Of a stretch of 64,000 nucleotides of DNA, positions 52,601-61,600 are shown piece after piece. Source of the stretch: Tubiluchus corallicola (lineage: Eukaryota > Animalia > Priapulida); NCBI GenBank assembly GCA_030141605.1, contig JAQGDQ010000320.1, forward strand, positions 124,001 through 188,000, given 5' to 3'. The notes beneath the pieces were generated by a model. That model did no database searches. It saw nothing but the letters and a program-made list of their open reading frames with translations, and was not told the DNA's origin. The position numbers and the translations under genes were made by a program. Every line of letters starts with the position of its first letter. Within the stretch, counting starts at the first letter, position 1.

Positions 52601-55600
52601 GGCTCTTTTAGGCACCGTTCTGTATGATGACTTAATATATAATGCTATATATAATGCCCAAAGATAATAATGCTAATTTGTTTAGTATAAAAGTTGCATA
52701 GCTTTGACGGTAATCAGTCAATTCATTGAAAACAATCACTGCGATAAAAAAAAAACATTACAGCACAAAAGTTCTACAATTAGTGGCATTTGAATTTTGA
52801 TTTCCAAGCAGAAAAACAGAACGCAATTATATCCAGAGTGATTCGCAGATGTGAGCGACATTACTGAATACTTTTCTGCCGTTGCTTTGAATTCACGGGC
52901 TCAGGCCTTAAGCATAGGCAAACTAGGCAACCGCCTAGGGCCTCACCCTCCAGGGGGGCCTCACGCCGTGGTAACATACATTATAGGTTTTAATAAATTG
53001 CGTAATTTTATTTTTTCCGCATTTATTTTTTATTTTTCGATTTCATTTGGGGCCACCAAATTCACTTCGCCTAGGGCCTCCAATTACCCAAGGCCGACCT
53101 TGCAGTGACAGGCTAAAGGTTGACTTGCATTCACTGGGTTGATGAATTATTGTAACCAGTGATCTATTTATTCTGGTTTTTCCTGTTACAGACGCAAGTT
53201 GGCCTCAGTTTGGCGGGAGGAAGAAGAGTTTGAATTGAGACAATTATATGCTGAATTCAAGGATGCGGATGGTATGGTATAATTACAACCATAATAATTT
53301 TTTGTAATTAAACCATCTAATGAAGGAAATCAAGGATGCTTGAATGTTGTTTTAGTAAATCATAAATTATTATAAGAATTACAATCTTGACCTTTTAGTT
53401 TCTTATCTCATTAATCAATGTTTATGTTTCTTCAAAGCAGTAAAAATCCGGTCGACATTCTAGGCTTTGAAATGAGTTTAACGTATTCATCGTACAAGCC
53501 TCTTTCGGAACTAGTGGTCTGTCTTGTATAGTATTTTACAACTCGAGGAAACATAGGCATGGAGGAAGTGGACCTTCTCCAAATTGTCAAAATTTTTATG
53601 CCATTCTGAACTAAAATACAACCCTTTTCATCTTTGCTTCAACGATGAGCTAAACTAATAATGTAAGAGCTAATACCTGATAACTAATGATGTAAGAGCT
53701 AATACCTGATAACTAATAACATGTTTCATTGCTGGTCTCTCAGATTGCTTAATTGTATGAGTGACTAATTACTAACTACAGCACCTGGCTATACAGTAGG
53801 AGTTTGCAAATTATCTGACTAGCCGGGCCACATTAAACTTTCCCACAATTCCTGCGGGCCACAGGCAGTTTGATCAAGGAGCCAAGTACAGAAAGGCCTA
53901 ATAATGATTGTTTTTGCATTCGACCTGCGTACATCATTACTACTACACTCAAGAAACTATTTTAGAAGTTATTAAAATTTATATTACAAACCATATATTT
54001 CTACTTTCAGGATAGATAGTGATAATTTCATTACAATGCATATTAGTAATGTGTATCACACAGTCTGTGTAGTACAGTGACATTAAGCTACAACCGTCTT
54101 GTAAGGGTTAATGGCATCCGATCTAGTAGAAAAAACTACCCGCACTATCTTTGGGATCGTGGCACGGACTTCAGCTGGATACACTCAATTAATCGCCCGG
54201 GCCGCACTTTCATTAGGGTGACAAATCTCTTCGCGGGCCGCACAAATTCTCTCGGGGGGCCACAATTTGCACACCCCTGCTATACAGAATCAGGCACAAT
54301 GGATATTTTACCTGGGGTGATTATGTTTTAAAGCTTGTAACAATCTGAACAAGATGTAATGTATGTGAAACTTGTGGTATAAATAAATAAATAGTCCCCT
54401 AATAAATGTGATGTATGACTATTAAAGAGAAACAAACAAGAACTGTTCGAATTTCTAAGGTAAATTTGACACATTATGTGCTGAATTGATTTTTTGCATT
54501 TCCAGTCGCACATTTTGCTTTTTCAGATCCAGTAGAGCGCATAAAGGACAACCTTATTAACAAACGTTCACGAAACAAGATTATAGAGAAGCTACTGGAA
54601 CTGAATGTTGTGCAAGAGAGGAAAGAACTCTATAAGAAGAGAAAGAAGAAGGCAAAAGCTGGTAACGACGACGGCAGTGATCATGATGATCATGGTTTTA
54701 GAGGCGCAAACCACGGTAGTGATAGCGATGGTAAGCAAATATGTGTGACTTTGATTTGAAACAGAAGTCCATTTTACATAATAAATTTACCCCGTTATAA
54801 TGCCCAGCCAAGATAAAGTACAATGAATTACTGCTGAAAAACAGTCATAACAATGAAAAAACAATGATCTATGAATCTCTGATAAGAAAACAATTATGGT
54901 GTTTAAATTAAGATTTGGGTTTCGTAACAAGTGACTGTATGAAAGTGAATGCGGAGGTTTTGAGCAAGGAGCATGCATTTTAAGACTACGAGAGTTGCAT
55001 AACTAAGCTTCAGTACTGAACTGATGTGAATTTAAGGGCTATTAAAGCTACTTGACTCAAGATCAAGCTACAAAGGGCGGCTAATTATAGTCTATCTGTC
55101 CAGTAATATTACATTGGGAGCGTGGGTGCATATTTCTAGTGTCAGCAGTTATCTGATTAGCCAGTATAACACAAGATCTCTTCTCTAGGTTGTGTTACGT
55201 AAAAGTTTCGCAAGAGACCACTGTAGAACTACACCTGCATTGTTAATGCAGCAACAATGTGCATTAGTCACATGTATTGTTGTAGATATAATAATATTTT
55301 ACTATTAAAACTTATTAAAATTAACTAGGAAACAAAATAGAGGTTACACTGTACAGGGTGTCCGTAAAGTCTGGGTACATAGTAAAAACAAATACTTTTT
55401 AAAAAACAATTTTATTCAATTTTGATGTTGCTAAATAATATTTTCAACATGATTTCCATCATTTTCAATGCATAATTTGATGCGTTTTACAAAATTCATG
55501 AGAACTCGATGGAATACTGCCTGTTTCTATAAACTTCTTGACCAATTTCCCGACGGCAGTAAAACAAATAGGTTGACGATTAGGGTGTCGAAGGTTAAAT

Positions 55601-58600
55601 TCTTCCGCAATTTTACGATAAGACCATCCTTCTCGTCCACTTAAGAGTACCAAATCGATTCGTTCTTCCTTAGACAAAGCCATTTTCTTTCTGAGGAGAA
55701 AAAATAAAAACAAATAAATAAATAGTAAAATCCCCCCATGTACCCAGACTTTATGGACATGTTCATATTAATGTGACTGTGTAACAGATTTGACTGTGTA
55801 ACAGAAAAGTAATCTAGTTTATATCATCATATAAACCGTTGATAAATCATTTAACTTTTACTTCCAGTGTCCGCATCGTGATTTCTTTTTATTATTATTT
55901 AATAGGTTTGCCTTCCGATGAAGAAATTTTGTCCGATTCAGTCTCTGGCAGCAGCAGCAATAGCAGTGACGACCGTGACGATTCATCTGACAGTGGTGAT
56001 AACTCTGATAAAGAAAACACGGCTGGTCAGGAATCACGAGATGCGTCTCTTTTTGAACAACTCGTAAGAAAGTGTCTAAATCTAGGTAGGCCTCATTATT
56101 TGGTTTGAGTACGGGCTTTTTTGCATGTTAGTCATTCTTTTTTTGACACTTTCTCAATAATTGTTATTGTTATTTACTATTTTTTCTTGTTTCAAAGTGA
56201 AATCGTTATTGGGTTAACTTGCAGGATATTCTACCCAGTTGGACTGGTTCATGAAATCATTAAAAAGAGCGGCAACCGACCGAGAAAACGGTAAGTTTAG
56301 CATTCTAGGTAGGCATATTTATGTGTGTATGTATGTGTATATGTGAGCATATATATATGTGTGTATGTGTATGTATATGCGCATAAATAAGCGTGTGGGT
56401 ATCCAATTGGGTATATAATATATGCACGTGTATCTATGTGTATATATGTATGTATAAATATATATATATGTAGCCATTAGTACTATTGTTTAATCTATTC
56501 ACCATTCACTATTCTGAAAATCTTCATCAAGATAATTGCGCATATGACTAATTAATAATAGTAACATTACTTACAGGGTGGTTGACTTTGGTAACTTTTA
56601 GTTTTTCGCCACCCTTTCACCAATCACTTGAACACCATTAACTCAGATAATTTATTCATTTAATAACTTTGTCACTTTGTCTCATATTACCATATTATCG
56701 TACCATGCATTGTGTTTGTCTTGTAAAAAAGGTGATAAATAAAGATACTTACTTACTTAGGTGTTGTTTATTTCATGTTTCGTAAGTAGCTTGGCAGGTC
56801 GTTTCGTTCACTAAGACCGCAACTTTGTATGAAAAACTAGTATCTTTTGCTGGATATTTGGATGTGATTTACTGTCTGGCATCGAAACAGTTTGTCAAAC
56901 TAATTTATTACTTTTATTAGGTTATTATTTTAAATTTAAGCAGCCATAAGCTTTTTATTTATTGTAAGATTAACGCCGAGTTGCACTCTGAGTTTTAAAA
57001 TCATATCAGTTCAAAGTTTGTAATTTTTTCACTGAATTTTGTTGTTCCTTGTAAAATCAACTAGAACGTTTTTGAAACTAGAAACTGTTTTGTGGACACG
57101 TTTCCAATGACCTTGATATTATTATAAATGTTTTATTCTACGTGGCTGTCTCAAAATGTTGTGTTCTGACAAAAGCACGCTTTCCACATAGTTAAACGTT
57201 TTTAATAGAATTCTATGTTTTATTTTATAGGTTTGCCATTTTTTTATCGGAATAGGCGGTGTGCGTGTGTGTACTTTGGTATTCACTACATGTGTGAAAA
57301 CATACCAAAACCGTCCATAAGTCGGCATAGTTAAAACTACATTATAATGCATCAAAGTAGAATACAGCAAAATTTTGGTCAAATGTTAATTATTTGTTTT
57401 TTATAAAAACAATGCTGAATATATTAGACTTTTGTATTCTAGCATCAGATGATCAAGAAAATGTTCAAGAAATGCTAAAAATCTGATTTTATAATGCGAT
57501 ATCCATTTTTCTGGCCAGAAACTAGTGCTGCAATTGTAAAAAAATTGTATTTTCAAACTCCGATAGTAGCTTGTGGAAACAGTCATTTTGCCTCCGGGGA
57601 TTTTTCCTGTTGCAAAGCCCAGATTTTCGTTAGGAAAAGCAATCTACTGGATTTAAACATAACTTCAGTGAGTTCTTGTCCATAGCAACCAACATTTGTG
57701 CGGTTGCTAAGTGTCTTCTAGAAATGCAACAAAAAACAATGGCTACTTCAACAGTGATTTATCTCAAAGTTAAGTTTTTCAGTTAGTAGCCTGTATCTCA
57801 ACTTCAACATGGATTATTTCAGCTTATAAATAACATAGAGCGATGTGCGGGTATCAAAATGATCCTTATGAAATGGAGATTCAGGACCTGCGTACATCAT
57901 TACTACTACACTCAAGAAACTATTTTAGAAGTTATTAAAATTTATATTACAAACCATATATTTCTACTTTCAGGACAGATAGTGGTAATTTCATTACAAT
58001 GCATATTAGTAATGTGTATCACACAGTTTGTGTAGTACAGTGTTATTAAGCTACAATCGTCTTGTAAGGGTTAATGGAATCCGATCTAGTAGAAAAAACT
58101 ACCCGCACTATCTTTGGGATCGTGGCACGGACTTCAGCTGGATACACTCAATTAATCGCCCGGGCCGCGCTTTCATTAGGTTGACAAATTTCTTCGCGGG
58201 CCGCACAAACTCTCTCGGCGGGCCCCGCGGGCCGCAATTTGCACACCCCTGGCATATATAATAGATTTTTTTCTTTTTTCAGACGAAGCATATGCTGTAC
58301 CGCTTGTGCCCCTAACAGAAGACAATGAGACTGCCATGGAAGACAAAACATTTAGGAAAATGCTGAGGCTGCTGGGAATGTGCCCACCAAACACAGAACA
58401 GGTATTGCTAACTTTAATAATAATTTTCACATGTGCAATGTGTCAAGTAAAAAATGTTGCGAAATCTTTGGAAAGCTGTTAGGTAACGTCCGTGTCATTT
58501 CTTGAAGTTAATAAAATAGCAGTGTTATTTTTGTTGCGTATTTTTTGCTTCTATGCAAACTTCTTTGCTTCAAATGCAACTGTTTTGGTTACGTCATCTT

Positions 58601-61600
58601 CTCTACTAGAAAAAAAACTGTGAAACTGTGATGTAATGATGCGCTCACCTCTTTTTGAATGACCAGTTGAAATTTTATTTCAATTAAGTGGCACATGCAG
58701 AACAAACAGTATTTATGGGTGAAAAGGAGTCACTATTTTGATACCCGATTTCTGATTTTTCGGACCCTGTTCACCTCACTTTGTTTATTGATTTATAGAC
58801 AATTACAGTCTAGCCTCGTTATGCCGCCAAACTCGTCTCTCGCCATAGAAAGTACCAGGACGGATTTCCTGCTTTGATATTTACCTCGTTAAATCGCCAC
58901 CCTCGCTTCTCGCCCTCGCCACGTCATGCTAGGATGAGTGCTTATGTAAACTATATTCGTTATGTCGCCAAACAGACAAACTCAGAGGTGAATCGATCAA
59001 TACATATACCGCGTGTCGATCAATATGACCGCCGTATGTAGACAATGCTGCTGTACTCGATAAACAGACATAATTAATCTAGTGTGTGTCTCACCAGGAT
59101 TAGATTAGGAGTGCTGTGGTTGGTTAATGTGCAGAGAAACTAAAGTGTCACCGATATCCTTACTGTAAAACACCAAAGCTGCGTTTAAGTTTTGAGTTTC
59201 CACAAAGTGTACGCTAAGTTTATTACATTTATGTAAACTAAAGCGTCAAAGATATCCTTACTCTATAACACCTAAGTTTATTGCATTTAAGTGTATACTC
59301 ATAAAAGGTGTTTAAATAAAAAAGTAACATTCTAAGATTATTTTTATGACATTTTTTCATTTCTGATTTATGTTGATTGGTATCCTAATGCGAAATATAT
59401 TTTATATGTACATAGAGGAACACTATGTTAATCAACTATTATGTATATACATATAGACTAACTTTGTTATATTCCCGTTATCTCGCCATACTCACCTCTC
59501 GCCAAAAATTTGCCCTAGACGGACAGTGGCGGGATAACGAGGTTAGAGTGTACATAATGATGGTTAAAAGTGCTAACACAGCTGGAGTGTCTGGTGCATA
59601 TAATTAATTTTGGTGAAAATGTCTTTACTGTAAACTTCATACAATGAATTCTTGCATAGGAGCAATTCTGGAGAATTCCAGAAACTTTTTCTTCTTCGGA
59701 GCTAGCACGGACGGTCAAGGTCATCCAAGCAGCTAAAGACGGAAACCCTGTAATAGAAGCTGACTTCTTTGCAAACTTGAAAAAATTAAATACGTCCAAG
59801 AAGAAGGAACGTCATGTCGCAAAAAACGGACGCGTTAAAAAACGGTATGGCGAAATAAATATTGTTTCTTCTTCGCACAAATAAGTAATTATTCATGAAG
59901 TAATAATCTGAGAATTGATGAAATCCTTCATTTTTCCCACAAAAAAACATTGCTTACCTCAAAATATATGTATGTAAATGCAAAAATGCAATTTATACTC
60001 TAGAAAAATAAAGTTTCGTACAACTCAACAGTGTCGTGCTTCACTCTATAATTTGTTATTCTTTTTGTCAAATCTTGTCATTTATGTATATAGAAGGGTT
60101 GACTTTCTGCCTTCTATTTAGTTCAACTTTTGGAGGAGGGGTTTAGAGTTTGGAAAAAGGCCAATATCACCTTTTCGGTCCAGTCGAATTTGAGTTAAGC
60201 AGAGTTTACTGTATCATTCTACTGTACCCAAAGCATCATTAGCAGAGTCTCTTCATAGAAAGTTTATCTTTTGTTTATAGGGCATTATGGTTGACATTAA
60301 AGTAATAAAATACAGTTTTTAAACTTGAACGACCATAATACTGGGTTAGTAATGATCTATTTAGAATGCAATTGCTTTGTTCTTTTTGACTGTCCGAACT
60401 TGTGTTTTTGTTTGTTTTCTCAGGAAAGGTAAACAAAATGCGGAGACGACTGCATCGCATAAATCTGAAATACCAGTAAACAAACGCAGCAACAGGAAGA
60501 AGGGATGTGCAAATGTACTGGAAGATATTACCGAAGATTTTTACGAGAGACGGTTAGTTATTGTGGATTAGCACACGTTATTTTTCAAGTTTGGCTGTTT
60601 TGCTTGGTGTTCATTTTGTAAAGGTGGTAGGTAGTCCTTTACTGTCAGAGTCATTTCTGTTAGGGGAAATTATGTTTGAAAGAGTTTAAGGAGTTGCTGT
60701 TTCATTTGAGACTTTAAAGGGGAAGAAAAGGCAATTTTTTAAGTATATCCCAGAAAGCTTTCCATAAAATAAATTATATTACTTAGCTTTATGCTTAGTC
60801 ATTTACTTGTTTGAAAGACACGTAACTAGAGAAGCAAATTCCTACCAATTTAAAATATTTGAACCTGGTAAAATATCACTGATTCGCCTTCCCAGTGTGC
60901 ACCACTGACTCACTAAAAAGCAAATTCGTAATGTTATTGATTAGCAAGATAAAGTAATTAATAGTTTTGCTTAATTAGTGAAATGCGCGCTACAAATACT
61001 AGGATTATTTTTTCAAATTTTACGCAATGTTATTTAAACTTGTTTCAAACGACTTACCATCAATATGGCTGCGCCTAATAACGTTCATTGCGATAGCTTA
61101 AATTTTCATGTTTTGTACAACATTGTTGTAGCTAATACAATCTCTGTACATAATAAAACCAGTATGTAGGTAACACAAAATTTCAATAAGATTCTTAAAA
61201 TGTATTTACGATGAGTATTTTCTTATTTAATTTTTCTTCGCAAGTAAATATTAAATTTAAATTGACATTACGCAATTATGTTAATGAAATCATTAAATGG
61301 AAATACGTAGTAGTTTTATAGCATCCCTTTTACAGCTCTGATGGTGAATTGCAAGATTTGGTTTCTCCACAAACACATTTCGAATCCACTAACAATAACA
61401 GCGACAAGGATGATCGTTTACTACAGAAAGAAAGGGCAAGAGCTGCCTTTGACAGCGACTCAAATACGGAAGAAGATTTAGCAAGAAGCGTGGCGATTCC
61501 GTCGGAAGAAGCACGCGACATTAACGAGCAGACTCCGGAAAAGGTGGCGCAGCCATTGCGAAAGCGTGTAAGACAATTGATAGATAGTGATTCAAGTGGT

